From: an uncultured Thermus sp.
GTDB lineage: Bacteria; Deinococcota; Deinococci; Deinococcales; Thermaceae
Assembly: GCA_947085095.1 (NCBI GenBank)
Contig: CAMTVD010000035.1
Span: 1-64,000 of the forward strand
Direction: 5' to 3'
Length of the DNA: 64,000 nucleotides
The translations under genes were made by a program, and so were the position numbers. A model generated the notes under the pieces. The model saw only the letters and a program-made list of their open reading frames with translations. It made no database searches and was not told where the DNA came from. Below are positions 12,284 through 22,116 of the stretch, one piece after another; position 1 is the stretch's first letter; each line of letters starts with the position of its first letter.

Positions 12284-14374
12284 ATGCGGGTCCATAGCCT
12301 TCTCTGGTTCACCCCCCCCACCTCCCCCAGGCCCGCCCCGCCCTTCTTCGGCCAGGAGCGGGCCCTAAAGGCCCTCGAGGCCGCCTTCCGCCAGGGGGGG
12401 CACGGGTACCTGGTGGGGCCCAGTGGCCTGGGCAAACGCAAGCGGCTTCTCGCCTACCTAAAGGACCGGGTCTTCTCCAAAGAGGAGCTGGTCTACCTGC
12501 CCCTGGGGGAGGAGGCTTTTCCCCTGCTCTTCCCCGAGGGGGAAGGGAGGGCCCTAGTGGAAGGGGTGGAGAGCCTTCTCTCCGAGTTCACCCCCGCCCT
12601 CTTTCGGGAAAAGGGCTTCCTCTACGCCAAGAGCCTGGTGGAGTCCCACTACGAGAGGGAGGCCGAGGCCCTCCTCAAGGCCCTCTCGGAGGAGGCTGAG
12701 GGCCACGGCTTCGCCCTTCTGGCGGAGGAGGAAGGGCTCAGGCTTTCGGGAAAGGGCCCCCTGCCCCCGGAGCTTTCCGCCAAGCTGGAGGAGACCATCC
12801 TCGCCTACGTGGACATGCGGCAACGGGCCCAGATGGAGGTGGCCGCCCTGAGGCGGGGCTTCGCCGAGCGCTTCCTCCTGCCCAAGGCCGAGGCCCTGAA
12901 GGCCCGCTTTCCCCAGGCGGGGCATTACCTGGACTTTGTCCTGGAAACCCTGCTTCGGGCCGCTGCCCTGGAGGAGGAGCCGGACCTGGAAGATCTCCTC
13001 CCCAGGCTTTTGGTGGCGGGCGGGGAGCGGGTGGTCTACGAGCCCAACCCCATCCCAGAAAGGCTCCTGGGCCACCTGGAGTACGAGGCCAGGGAAGGGG
13101 CCCTCTCCACCCACCTGGGCCTCCTCCGCCCCGGGGCCCTCCTGCGGGCCACCGGGGGGGTGCTGGTCCTCGAGGCCCACCGGGTCCTGGAGCTCGGGAG
13201 CTACCCCCTCCTCAAAAGGGCCCTGGCCACCGGGGAGGTGGCCCCCCTGGCCCCCCGGCCCGAGGTGAAGGCCCCCAGGCTCAAGCCCGCCCCCCTCAAA
13301 GCCCAGGTCTTCCTGGTGGGGCCACCGGAGGTCATCGCCCTCCTGGAGGAGGACGAGGAGTTCTTGGAGCTCTTCCCCTTCCGGGTAGAGTTCAGCCCCG
13401 AGATCCCCTACACCGAGGAGAACGTGGCCTATCTGGGAGGCTTCCTGGAAGGGGAGGGGGTGGCCCTCACCCCAGAGGGCCTGGCAGCCCTGGCGGACGA
13501 GGCCCGGCGCCTGACGGGACACCGGGAGCGGCTGGACGCCCGCCTCTACCGCCTTTTAGATTTGGCCCAAGAGGCTTCCTCCTGGAAAACCCCCCTGGAC
13601 CGAGAAGCGGTCCTCAGGGCGGTCCGGGCCCGCGAGGAGCGCTTTGCCCTCGAGGAGGAGATTTACTTGAAAGAACTCCAGGAAGGGGTGGTGGCCCTTC
13701 AGGTGCACGGGGAGCGGGTGGGGGAGGTGAACGGCCTGGTGGTGGTGGAAGGCCCCCTCCCCACGGGCCGCCCCGTGCGCATCACCGCCCAGGCGGGCCC
13801 CGGGCGGGAGGGGATCCTCTCCATTGACCGGGAGGTGGGCCTGGGGGGGCAGGTCTTCCACAAGGCGGTCCTCACCCTGGCCGGGTACCTACGGGGCACC
13901 TACGCAAAGCTGGGGGCCCTCTCGGCCACGGTGAGCCTGGTCTTTGAGCAAAGCTACGGGGGGATTGAGGGGGACTCCGCCGGGCTCGCCGAACTCCTCG
14001 CCGTCCTCTCGGCCATCTCGGGCCTTCCCCTAAGGCAGGACCTGGCGGTCACCGGGGCCATAGACCAGACGGGCCGGGTCCTGGCCGTGGGCCGGGTGGC
14101 GGAAAAGGTGGAAGGCTTCTATAGGGTCTGCCGGACCCTGGGCCTCACCGGCACCCAGGGCGTGGTCCTGCCCAAGGCCAACCTGCACCACCTCACCCTG
14201 CGGGAAGAGGTGGTGCGGGCCTTGGAAGAGGGCGCCTTCCACCTCTACGCGGTGGAAGGGGTGGACGAGGCGGTGGAGCTCCTCTTCGGACGCAAGGCCT
14301 ACTGGGTGCACGAGAAGGTGCGGGAGGCGCTGGAGCACTTTCAGAAGTTAGAGAACGGCGAGGAGAAACCCTAG
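12284..14374 (+). CDS. Lon-like protease (LonC type: AAA-like module plus S16 domain)
   Basis: GQERA, GPSGLGK, C-terminal [13 protein letters not shown]...VTG...EKVEGF Ser-Lys dyad; TATAGT 7 nt before ATG. Confidence 0.85.
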   Translation: MRVHSLLWFTPPTSPRPAPPFFGQERALKALEAAFRQGGHGYLVGPSGLGKRKRLLAYLKDRVFSKEELVYLPLGEEAFPLLFPEGEGRALVEGVESLLSEFTPALFREKGFLYAKSLVESHYEREAEALLKALSEEAEGHGFALLAEEEGLRLSGKGPLPPELSAKLEETILAYVDMRQRAQMEVAALRRGFAERFLLPKAEALKARFPQAGHYLDFVLETLLRAAALEEEPDLEDLLPRLLVAGGERVVYEPNPIPERLLGHLEYEAREGALSTHLGLLRPGALLRATGGVLVLEAHRVLELGSYPLLKRALATGEVAPLAPRPEVKAPRLKPAPLKAQVFLVGPPEVIALLEEDEEFLELFPFRVEFSPEIPYTEENVAYLGGFLEGEGVALTPEGLAALADEARRLTGHRERLDARLYRLLDLAQEASSWKTPLDREAVLRAVRAREERFALEEEIYLKELQEGVVALQVHGERVGEVNGLVVVEGPLPTGRPVRITAQAGPGREGILSIDREVGLGGQVFHKAVLTLAGYLRGTYAKLGALSATVSLVFEQSYGGIEGDSAGLAELLAVLSAISGLPLRQDLAVTGAIDQTGRVLAVGRVAEKVEGFYRVCRTLGLTGTQGVVLPKANLHHLTLREEVVRALEEGAFHLYAVEGVDEAVELLFGRKAYWVHEKVREALEHFQKLENGEEKP

Positions 14375-16677
14375 CGTCCAGGTTCTAAAAGCAGCGCCCT
14401 CCCCTCCCCCTTAAAACGCATGGGGAGGTATCCGCCCCTGGCCCAGAGGGGGAGGAGGTCAGCGTAGTGGCGGGAGAGGAAGTGCCCCGACTGGCCCATG
14501 GGGTGGACGAAGAGGGAGTTTTCCATGTCGGCCAGGTCCACGATCTGACGGTAGCTGGGGCCGTGGGACATGCGCAGGGTGCTGGGGTCAAAGGGGCCCA
14601 CGTTCACCGTGTACCGGTCCCCGCCGAAGGCCACCTCCCGGTCGCTGAGGCGCTTCAAGGGGGTGTGGCTGAGGACGGCGTGGGGGAAGTCCGCCCGGTG
14701 GACCTCCCCCCAGGTGCGGGCCTTCAGGGCCTCCTTGCGGTCCAGGGCCTTCTCCAGGGCCATGGCGGCGTAGTCCAGGCAGGTCTCCGGGTACTCGGTA
14801 TCGGGCTGGTCGCAGTTTTTATCCCCCTCCTTCAGGGCCCTCAGGAGGTAGCGGGGCTCGTCCCAAAAGGCCTCCCCCACCTCCCTTTGGGGCAGGCGGG
14901 TGAGCTCCGTGTACCAGAGGGCGAAGACCAGGGCCTCCTCCGAACCCTTGGCCATGGTCCCATCCCAGGCAAGGAGGCGTTCCCGCCAAAGGGCGCTCCT
15001 TTCGGAGAGGGGGTTTAAAAGCTCCAGCACGGGGCGGAAATCCCGGTAGAGGAGGCTCTTCTGGTCCTGCTGGATGGCCTTCATGTCCTCCAGGGAGAGC
15101 TTTTCCTTGGCTAGGAGGAGCTCCTCTATACGCTCCGCCCGGTAGGGCTCGGCCCAGTCATAGGTGAGGGCGTAGGGGAAGCCCTCGGGGGTCACCTTGT
15201 GGTTGGCGGTGACGATGTAGCCCGCCTTGGGGTTCAGGACCTTGGGCCAGTCCTCGGGGCTACGGTAGCCCAGCCAGTCCCAGTTCCCGTCCCCCGGCAC
15301 CGGCACCATGCCCGTGTGCCCCTCCTTGCGGATGGGAAACTTCCCGGGGGCGATGTAGGCGATGTTGCCGTCCACGTCAGCGTAGACGAAGTTCTGGCTG
15401 GGAGCGGAGTAGTGCCTTAAGGCGGCCACGAAGGCCTCCCAGTCCTTCGCCTGGTTCACCCCCAGGTAGGCCATGAGGATGTGGTCCTCCGGGTCCAGGC
15501 TCACCCAGCGGAGGGCCATGGGGGTCTCGGGGGGGTCCTTGAGGGCATCGGTGATCACCGGGCCATAGACCGTCTCCCGCACCCTCAGGACCTCTTCCCT
15601 ACCCCCCTTGACCCGGATCCTTTCCTCCCGCACCCGGTAGGGGACCACCCGGCCCTTATGGCGGTACCCCCGGCCCGCCACCTCCTCCAGGAGGTAGAGG
15701 TCCTGCACGTCCGCCCCCACGTTGGTCACCCCCCAGGCGATGCGCTCGTTGCGGCCGATGACGATACCCGGCACCCCGGGAAGGCTGGCCCCGATGACCC
15801 GGTACCCGGGGGCCTCGAGGGCCATCAAGAACCAGAGGCTGGGGGCGGAAAGGCCCAGGTGGGGGTCGTTGGCCAGAAAGGGCTTTCCCGTCACCGTGCG
15901 GCTTCCCGAGACCACCCAGTTGTTGCTGGCCTCGAGGAAGCGAGGAGGGGCCATCTGGAGAAGGGCTGTGGGGGCTTCCTCCCGCTTGAGGGGAAGGGAG
16001 AGGTCCCCGGCCCGCAGGATGGTGGGGGCGTCTTCCGGGTAGGGGGGCATGAGTTCCAAAAGCCGCTCTGGGGAGACGCCCCGGGAAAGGAGGCGGTGGC
16101 GCTTGAGCTCCTCCTCCCAGTTCCCCGAAAGGTCAAAGCTCATCATCTTGGCCCAGACCAAAACGTCGGGCCCCGTCCAGGGCTCGGGGCGGAAGCCCAG
16201 GAGGAGGAACTCGGGGGGCAAGGGGGCTCCGCTTTGCAAGAAGGCGTTGACCCCGGCCACGTAGGCCTCCACGGCCTCCTTCTCCTCCGGGTAGAGCCTC
16301 CCATAGGCCTCCTCCGCCGCCCGGTAGAAGCCCCAGGTGCGGAGGAAGCGGTCTTGAGGCAGGGTGGCCTCCCCCAGGACCTCGCTCAAGCGCCCCTGGC
16401 CCACCCGCCGCTGAAACTCCATCTGCCAAAGCCTTTCCTGGGCGTGGACGAAGCCCTGGGCGAAGATGAGGTCCTTGGTGGAGGCTGCCCGGATGCGCAC
16501 CATCCCCTTCTCGTCCCGGACCACCTCCACGGGAGCGGAAAGCCCCCGCAGGCTCACCCTCCCCTCCGCCTGGGGCAAGGAGCCCCGCAGGTAGACCACC
16601 CCTCCCAGCCCCAAAAGCAGAACCAGGAGGACCAAGACGCCCAAAAGCCAGGCCAGGCTCCGAAGAAGCCGCTTCAT
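14371..16677 (-). CDS. Penicillin acylase family (Ntn hydrolase S45) protein
   Basis: N-terminal membrane anchor, AQGFVHAQERLWQM, catalytic SNNW, ANDPHL, GQSGH. Confidence 0.92.
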   Translation of the reverse strand: MKRLLRSLAWLLGVLVLLVLLLGLGGVVYLRGSLPQAEGRVSLRGLSAPVEVVRDEKGMVRIRAASTKDLIFAQGFVHAQERLWQMEFQRRVGQGRLSEVLGEATLPQDRFLRTWGFYRAAEEAYGRLYPEEKEAVEAYVAGVNAFLQSGAPLPPEFLLLGFRPEPWTGPDVLVWAKMMSFDLSGNWEEELKRHRLLSRGVSPERLLELMPPYPEDAPTILRAGDLSLPLKREEAPTALLQMAPPRFLEASNNWVVSGSRTVTGKPFLANDPHLGLSAPSLWFLMALEAPGYRVIGASLPGVPGIVIGRNERIAWGVTNVGADVQDLYLLEEVAGRGYRHKGRVVPYRVREERIRVKGGREEVLRVRETVYGPVITDALKDPPETPMALRWVSLDPEDHILMAYLGVNQAKDWEAFVAALRHYSAPSQNFVYADVDGNIAYIAPGKFPIRKEGHTGMVPVPGDGNWDWLGYRSPEDWPKVLNPKAGYIVTANHKVTPEGFPYALTYDWAEPYRAERIEELLLAKEKLSLEDMKAIQQDQKSLLYRDFRPVLELLNPLSERSALWRERLLAWDGTMAKGSEEALVFALWYTELTRLPQREVGEAFWDEPRYLLRALKEGDKNCDQPDTEYPETCLDYAAMALEKALDRKEALKARTWGEVHRADFPHAVLSHTPLKRLSDREVAFGGDRYTVNVGPFDPSTLRMSHGPSYRQIVDLADMENSLFVHPMGQSGHFLSRHYADLLPLWARGGYLPMRFKGEGRALLLEPGR

Positions 16678-16797
16678 AGTTGCACCAAGTATACCGTCTA
16701 TCCCCCTTCCCCCTCGCCGGCCGGAGGACAAAGCGGGGGGATGGTCCAAAAGCTTCGGGGAGGCGGTTCCTTGCCCCCATCCAGACCCCCTGGTACC

Positions 16798-16970
16798 CTA
16801 ATCCGGGTGGAGGGCAAAGGGTTCCGCCTCCAGGTGGGGGCAAGGGAAGAGGGCCTCGGGTCTTCCTCTGCCGCTGCGGGGGTTCGGGCAACAAGCCCTT
16901 CTGCGACGGCACCCACAAGCGGCTGGGCTTTCAGGCTCCGGGGGGGGTCCTCGAGGTGGAGGAAGCCTGA
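16798..16970 (+). pseudogene. CDGSH iron-sulfur domain protein, frameshifted and N-terminally eroded
   Basis: LCRCGGSGNKPFCDGTH in one frame; the plausible upstream part (IRVEGKGFRLQVGAREE) is in another frame; frame switch near 16850. Confidence 0.6.
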
Positions 16971-17067
16971 AGGGGTCGGTGCCCCTTAGGGACTTTTGCC
17001 TCTACTCCAATAACTAGGTACCGGTATACCCTATTCTTGCCCAAAGCCTAGGGCAAGGAGGTGCGCC

Positions 17068-17445
17068 GTGAAAAAGGCCAAGGACATCATGTCCACCGAG
17101 GTGGTGCGGATAGAGGGTTCGGCCACGGTGAAGGAGGCCATCAACCTCATGAAGGAAACAGGCCTCAGGGCCCTCATCGTGGAGCGCCGCCACGAGGAGG
17201 ACGCCTACGGCATCGTCACCGAGACGGACATCGTCTACAAGGTGATCGCCTACGGCAAGGACCCGGCCACTGTCCAGGTGCACGAGATCATGACCAAACC
17301 GGTGATCACCGTCAACCCCGACCTGGGCGTGGAGTACGTGGCCCGCCTCTTCGCCAACACGGGCATCCGCCGGGCCCCGGTCATCCAGGGCGAGGTGATC
17401 GGCATCGTCTCCGTAACCGATATCCTGCGGAAGGCGGTCTTTTAG
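17068..17445 (+). CDS. CBS domain pair protein
   Basis: AKDIMS, YGIVTETDI, VHEIMTKP, GIVSVTDI; AAGGAGG RBS. Confidence 0.88.
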   Translation: MKKAKDIMSTEVVRIEGSATVKEAINLMKETGLRALIVERRHEEDAYGIVTETDIVYKVIAYGKDPATVQVHEIMTKPVITVNPDLGVEYVARLFANTGIRRAPVIQGEVIGIVSVTDILRKAVF

Positions 17446-17455
17446 ATAGGTGGCA

Positions 17456-17478
17456 GGGGGGTTTTCGCCCCCCTTTTT
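17456..17478 (+). terminator. Intrinsic terminator
   Basis: GGGGGG-TTTTCG-CCCCCC followed by TTTTT. Confidence 0.7.
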
Positions 17479-17546
17479 CGCTTCCCGGAACTGACCCACT
17501 GGTCAACCTCGGGAAGAGGGGATAGACTTGGGGGGCCATGAGGGGG

Positions 17547-18497
17547 ATGCGCTACCGCAAGCTGGGCAGGTGGGGCCTGAGGGTTTCGGAGATCTCCTTG
17601 GGGGCCTGGGTCACCTTCGGCGACGTGGTCAAGGACAAAGAGACGGTCCGGGAAATCGTGAAGATCGCCTACGAAGGGGGCGTGAACTTCTTTGACAACG
17701 CCGATGTCTACGCCCGGGGCCTGGCGGAGGAGGTCATGGGGGAGGTCCTGAAGGACTTCCCCCGGCACACCCTGGTCCTCTCCACCAAGGCCTTTTGGCC
17801 CATGTCCGAGGACGTGAACGACCGGGGCCTAAGCCGCAAACACCTTCTGGAGAGCATCACCAAAAGCCTGAAGCGGCTCAAGACCGACTACGTGGACCTC
17901 TTCTTCGCCCACCGCTACGACCCCGAGGTGCCCATGGAGGAGATCGTCTACGCCATGCACACCATCGTGGAAAAGGGCTACGCCCTCTACTGGGGCACCT
18001 CGGAGTGGCCCGCGGCAAGGATCGCCGAGGCGGTGGCCTTTGCCCGGGCAAACGGCCTCCATCCCCCCGTCGTGGAGCAGCCCCAGTACTCCATGCTCTA
18101 CCGCGAAAGGGTGGAGGGGGAGATCCTCCCCGAGGCGGAGCGTTTCGGGATGGGCCTCGTGGTCTGGAGCCCTCTGGCCATGGGCATGCTCACGGGGCGG
18201 TACGATGGGGGCATCCCCGAGGAGAGCCGCTTCGCCCGCTACCCCCAGTTCGCCGAGCGCTTCCTCACGGAGGAGAACCGGAGGAAGGTGCTCAAGCTCA
18301 AGGAAGTGGCGGAGGAGCTGGGCCTCACCCGCACCCAGCTGGCCCTGGCCTGGGTCCTGAGGCTTCCCGGGATCAGTAGCGCCATCACCGGGGCCACCCG
18401 CCCCGAGCAGATCCGGGAGAGCCTGGGGGCGGCGGGGGTGGACCTTCCCCAAGAGGCCCTGGCGAGGATTGAGGCCATCCTCAGGGGCGAGGCCTAA
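17547..18497 (+). CDS. Aldo/keto reductase (Kv-beta-like)
   Basis: MRYRKLG, FFDNADVY, LSTK, GLSRKHL, DYVDLF..H, WSPLA; alternative start 17538. Confidence 0.9.
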   Translation: MRYRKLGRWGLRVSEISLGAWVTFGDVVKDKETVREIVKIAYEGGVNFFDNADVYARGLAEEVMGEVLKDFPRHTLVLSTKAFWPMSEDVNDRGLSRKHLLESITKSLKRLKTDYVDLFFAHRYDPEVPMEEIVYAMHTIVEKGYALYWGTSEWPAARIAEAVAFARANGLHPPVVEQPQYSMLYRERVEGEILPEAERFGMGLVVWSPLAMGMLTGRYDGGIPEESRFARYPQFAERFLTEENRRKVLKLKEVAEELGLTRTQLALAWVLRLPGISSAITGATRPEQIRESLGAAGVDLPQEALARIEAILRGEA

Positions 18498-18505
18498 CCC
18501 CAAGC

Positions 18506-19123
18506 TTAGGGCGCGGGCGCCAAGCCCAGGTGGAGGAGGTACCGGGCCTGGCCCTCTTCCTGGCGAACTGGGGAGAGGGCGGCGTACCTCTGGTAGAGCC
18601 CAAGAAGCTCCCGCTGTAAGGCCTTGGCCTCCTCCCGGCGAAGGTAGAGCCCGGCGCTCCACAGGTTAACCAGCGGAGGAAAGGCCTCCGCCAGAATGTC
18701 GGGCTCCTCCACCCCGGCCCACTCCAAAAGCCCTTCCGGATTCAGGAAAACCCGGAGGGTGGCTCCGTGGCCGGGCCCCATGTGGGCGAGGGCCCTCCTC
18801 CACTCCGCTTCCCAGCTCCTGGCGGCCTCGAGGGCCTCCAGGAGGCGGGGAGGGACCAGGCGCGCGGGGATGCGGAAGTCCGTGTCCACCGCCCGGTAGA
18901 GCCGGATGGGTCTCCCCCGGCGGGAAAGACGTCCCACCTCCTCCAGAAGCCCCGCCTTCCGGAAGAGGGCCACCCGGTAGTGGGCCTGCTGCAGGGAAAG
19001 CCCCCGGGCCTCGGCCAGGTCCTTGACCCGGGCCGGGCCCTTCAGGAAAGGCTTGAGGCAAACCGCCATCTCGGGATCGGCCAGGAGGCGTGCGGCTAAC
19101 GGGTTGTCCACCTGGAAAGGCAC
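18506..19123 (-). CDS. ArsR-like winged-helix transcriptional regulator
   Basis: N-terminal HTH (VKDLAEARGLSLQQAHYRV...GLL...RRGRPIRLYRA); divergent from an MFS gene. Confidence 0.75.
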   Translation of the reverse strand: MPFQVDNPLAARLLADPEMAVCLKPFLKGPARVKDLAEARGLSLQQAHYRVALFRKAGLLEEVGRLSRRGRPIRLYRAVDTDFRIPARLVPPRLLEALEAARSWEAEWRRALAHMGPGHGATLRVFLNPEGLLEWAGVEEPDILAEAFPPLVNLWSAGLYLRREEAKALQRELLGLYQRYAALSPVRQEEGQARYLLHLGLAPAP

Positions 19124-19125
19124 GG

Positions 19126-19161
19126 CTCTACTCTAAAGCCCTCCTTGCGGCTGGAGTAGAG
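19126..19161. promoter_or_regulatory. Inverted repeat between regulator and MFS (candidate operator)
   Basis: CTCTACTC-N20-GAGTAGAG. Confidence 0.4.
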
Positions 19162-19180
19162 GGGCGGGAAAATTGAGGCC

Positions 19181-20440
19181 ATGCGGGGCTTCGCCGCCTT
19201 CCGGGTGCTCTGGCTGGGCCAGGCCCTGGCCCTTGTGGGCCGGGAGATGACCTGGTTCGCCCTCACCCTCTACGCCTACCAGAAGACGGGCCAGGCCACC
19301 ACCCTCTCCCTCATGGGCTTCTTCCACTTCCTCCCCCTCATCCTCCTCTCCCCCCTGGCGGGGGCTTTGGTGGACCGCTACCCAAGGAAGTGGGCCATGC
19401 TGGCCGCTGACCTGGGCGGGGGGCTGGCCACGGGCTTCCTCCTCTTCCTGTTCCTCCTGGGCCGTCTCGAGGTCTGGCCCCTCTACCTGGTCTCCGCCCT
19501 CACGGGGGCCCTCTCCAGTCTCCACTGGCCCGCCCTCTCCGCCGCCTTGTCCGCCATGCTGGAGAAGAGGGACTACGCCCGGGCGAGCGGCATGATGAGC
19601 CTGGCGGAGTCCCTGGCCGGGGTGGGGGCCCCCATCCTGGCGGCAGCCCTCCTCAAGCCCCTGGGGCTCGGGGGAATCTTCGCCCTGGACCTCCTGGGGG
19701 CAAGCGCCGCGGTCCTCAGCCTTCTCCTGGTGCCCATCCCCAACCCAAGACTAGAGGTCCCGGAAAAGGCCTCCTTGGTGCAGGAAGCCCTCTTCGGGTT
19801 CCGCTTCATCCTGGAAAGGCCTTCCCTCCTCGGGCTCCAGCTCATGTTCTTCGGGATCAACTTCCTCACCACCCTGGGGACCGCAGTCCTTCCGGCCATG
19901 ATCCTGGCCAAGACGGGGTTTTCCGAGGCGGCCCTCGCCCTGGTCCGATCCGCCTCGGGGATCGGCGGGGTGGCGGGGGGGCTTTTCCTCTCCCTGTGGG
20001 GCGGGCCCCGGAAGCGGGTCCACGGGGTCTTCCTGGGCATGGCTCTCTCCAGCCTGGCCCTGGCCCTTATGGGGGCGGTGGAGGGGCCCTCCGCCTGGGC
20101 GGTCCTGGCCTTCCTGGGGAGCTTCTTTATCCCTGTGCTCAACGGATCCAACCAGGCCATCTGGCAGGCCAAGGTGCCCCTTTCCGTCCAGGGCAAGGTT
20201 TTCGCCGCGAGGCGCATGATCGCCTGGTTCGCCAACCCCCTGGCCATGCTCCTCGCGGGACCTCTGGCCGACCGGGTCTTCGGCCCCCGGTACGGGCAGG
20301 GAGAAGGCATCGCCCTCATGCTCCTCCTCTTCGGGGGCATGGGGGTGTTTTGGGGGCTTTCCGGCTACCTCCTCCCCAAGGTGCGGGAAGCGGAAAGCCT
20401 CCTCCCCGACGCCAAGGAGGACCAGGCAGCCGCGCTATGA
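19181..20440 (+). CDS. MFS transporter (macrolide-efflux/DHA3-like)
   Basis: LWLGQ, GALVDRYPRK motif A, QAKVP..QGKVF, about 12 TM helices. Confidence 0.88.
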   Translation: MRGFAAFRVLWLGQALALVGREMTWFALTLYAYQKTGQATTLSLMGFFHFLPLILLSPLAGALVDRYPRKWAMLAADLGGGLATGFLLFLFLLGRLEVWPLYLVSALTGALSSLHWPALSAALSAMLEKRDYARASGMMSLAESLAGVGAPILAAALLKPLGLGGIFALDLLGASAAVLSLLLVPIPNPRLEVPEKASLVQEALFGFRFILERPSLLGLQLMFFGINFLTTLGTAVLPAMILAKTGFSEAALALVRSASGIGGVAGGLFLSLWGGPRKRVHGVFLGMALSSLALALMGAVEGPSAWAVLAFLGSFFIPVLNGSNQAIWQAKVPLSVQGKVFAARRMIAWFANPLAMLLAGPLADRVFGPRYGQGEGIALMLLLFGGMGVFWGLSGYLLPKVREAESLLPDAKEDQAAAL

Positions 20441-20526
20441 TCGGGCCCGGACGCAAGGCCAAGGGGCGTCCCTCCAATGTAGCTTCCTTCCCTCCCAAGG
20501 GAAGAGGGGACCTGTAGGCTTCCCCT

Positions 20527-22005
20527 ATGGGCAAGCCTCTCCTCGCCCCGGCCCTCCGCCTCCTGGAGGAGGGGAAGGATGGGGAGGCCCTGGCCCTGCT
20601 CCAAAGCGCCCAAGAAGCCCTCCCGGAGGCCGAGCGCCTGGCCCTCCTCGGCTTCCTGGAGGGGAGGCGGGGGAACCCCGAGGCCTACCGGACCCTGGCC
20701 CTGGAGGCCGCCCGAAAGTCCCAGACCCCCCGCACCCTCTACCACCTGGGCCTGGCCCTGCCCCCGAGGGCGGGCGCCCTGGCCCTGGAGGAGGCCTTCT
20801 TCCGCTTCCAGGGGGACCCCAAGGGGGAGGCCCGGCTCCACCTGGCCTTAGCCATCGCCCTGGAGCGCCTGGGCCGGCCCCAGGCCCTGGCCCACGCCGC
20901 CCTCGCCCGCCTCAAGGACCCCTCCCCCTGGACCACCCTCCACCATTTGCGCCTGGAACTCCTCTTCGGCGACCTCCCCCTTTCCCAGGTCCTGGAGGAG
21001 GCGGAGCCCTTTCTCCTCCACGAGGCCCGGGGCGTGAGAATCCTGGCGGCCCACACCCTGGCCCTGGCCCACCTCCTCCGGGGAAGCCCCAGGCGGGCAA
21101 GAAACCTCCTCCGGGGTCTCCTCCCCCTCTTGGGGCCCCAGAGTCTCGCCAGCTTCCTGGTCCTCGGGGCCCTGGCCCTGGACCCCCCTGAGGTCCGGCT
21201 CCTTCTGGAGGGGGCCCGGGCCTTCCTCCCCCGGGAGGGCTGGCCCTGGGGCTTTTACCTCCTCGCCCGGGGGCTTGGGGAGGGGGATGCGGCCTGCCTC
21301 CTCGCCGCCCACGGCCTCTTGCGGGAGGACGGGGCCCCCTACGCCCTCCTGGCCGAGGCCCGCCTGAAGGCCCTCGGGGTGGTGGTGGAAGCCCCCCTGG
21401 CCCCGGGGCTTGCCCCTGGCCTCCGCCCAGAGGCCCGGGCCTTCTTCCTGGGCCCAGCCGAGGTGCCCCTCCTTCGCCTCCTCGGGGGAGGCCCCTTTCC
21501 TTCCCTGGGCCCCAGGGGCACCGAGGCCCTGGCCCTCCTCCTCGCCCGCGAGGAGGGCCTACCGGGGGAGGCCCTGGCGGAGGCGCTTTACGGGGAGCCC
21601 AACCTGGGGGCCCTGAAGGCCCTCCTCCACCGCCTGCGGGAAAAGGGCTTCCGGATCCTCTGCGCTCCTTACCGCCTGGAAAACCCTCCCCCCTCCGACC
21701 TTTTGGCCTTCATCAGGGCCCTCTCTCGGGGAGGTATAGAGGAGGCCCTGGCCCTCTACCGGGGCCCCCTCCTCCCCTGGAGCCAGGCCCCGGGGGTGGA
21801 GGAACTCCGCCTGGAGCTGGAGGAAGCCTTGAGGCAAGCGGTGCTCGCCAGCGGGAGGCTAGACCTCCTCCTCACCCTGGCCGAACGCCTGGGAGAGGAC
21901 CTGGAGCTCTGGGAAACCCTTCTGGAGAGGCTCCCGCCCCAGGACCCCCACCGCCCCATCGCCCAGGCCCGGGTGGCGAGGCTCCGCCGGGAGTATGGCG
22001 TGTGA
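20527..22005 (+). CDS. Helical-repeat (TPR-like) + winged-helix/BTAD-like transcriptional activator
   Basis: Leu/Ala-rich helical N-terminus; C-terminal LRLLG..EALALLL..EGL..EALAEALY..LK..LHRLR..PYRL..D....ALALYRGPLLP.S..P (SARP-like); TAGGCT 6 nt before ATG. Confidence 0.75.
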   Translation: MGKPLLAPALRLLEEGKDGEALALLQSAQEALPEAERLALLGFLEGRRGNPEAYRTLALEAARKSQTPRTLYHLGLALPPRAGALALEEAFFRFQGDPKGEARLHLALAIALERLGRPQALAHAALARLKDPSPWTTLHHLRLELLFGDLPLSQVLEEAEPFLLHEARGVRILAAHTLALAHLLRGSPRRARNLLRGLLPLLGPQSLASFLVLGALALDPPEVRLLLEGARAFLPREGWPWGFYLLARGLGEGDAACLLAAHGLLREDGAPYALLAEARLKALGVVVEAPLAPGLAPGLRPEARAFFLGPAEVPLLRLLGGGPFPSLGPRGTEALALLLAREEGLPGEALAEALYGEPNLGALKALLHRLREKGFRILCAPYRLENPPPSDLLAFIRALSRGGIEEALALYRGPLLPWSQAPGVEELRLELEEALRQAVLASGRLDLLLTLAERLGEDLELWETLLERLPPQDPHRPIAQARVARLRREYGV

Positions 22006-22110
22006 GGCCGGGGGGAAGCAGCTCGGGTCCCAGCAGGCCAAAACGGGCCCGGAAGGCCGGGCAAGGAGGAGCCAGCCCAGGAGGAGAAGCCAAAGAGCCT
22101 TGCCCCTCAT
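21859..22110 (-). CDS. Small putative secreted peptide precursor (MRGKALWLLLLGWLLLARPSGPVLA-CWDPSC...)
   Basis: Basic n-region, hydrophobic h-region, V-L-A cleavage-like site; TG-n-CACCCT 6 nt before ATG; 3' part overlaps the regulator antisense. Confidence 0.5.
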   Translation of the reverse strand: MRGKALWLLLLGWLLLARPSGPVLACWDPSCFPPASHAILPAEPRHPGLGDGAVGVLGREPLQKGFPELQVLSQAFGQGEEEV

Positions 22111-22116
22111 GCCCCC

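Noticed and set aside
14371..16677. Penicillin acylase as a quorum-quenching part of the peptide locus
   Set aside because: It is a known Thermus gene separated from the locus by unrelated genes, and no GTAACC boxes were noticed upstream.
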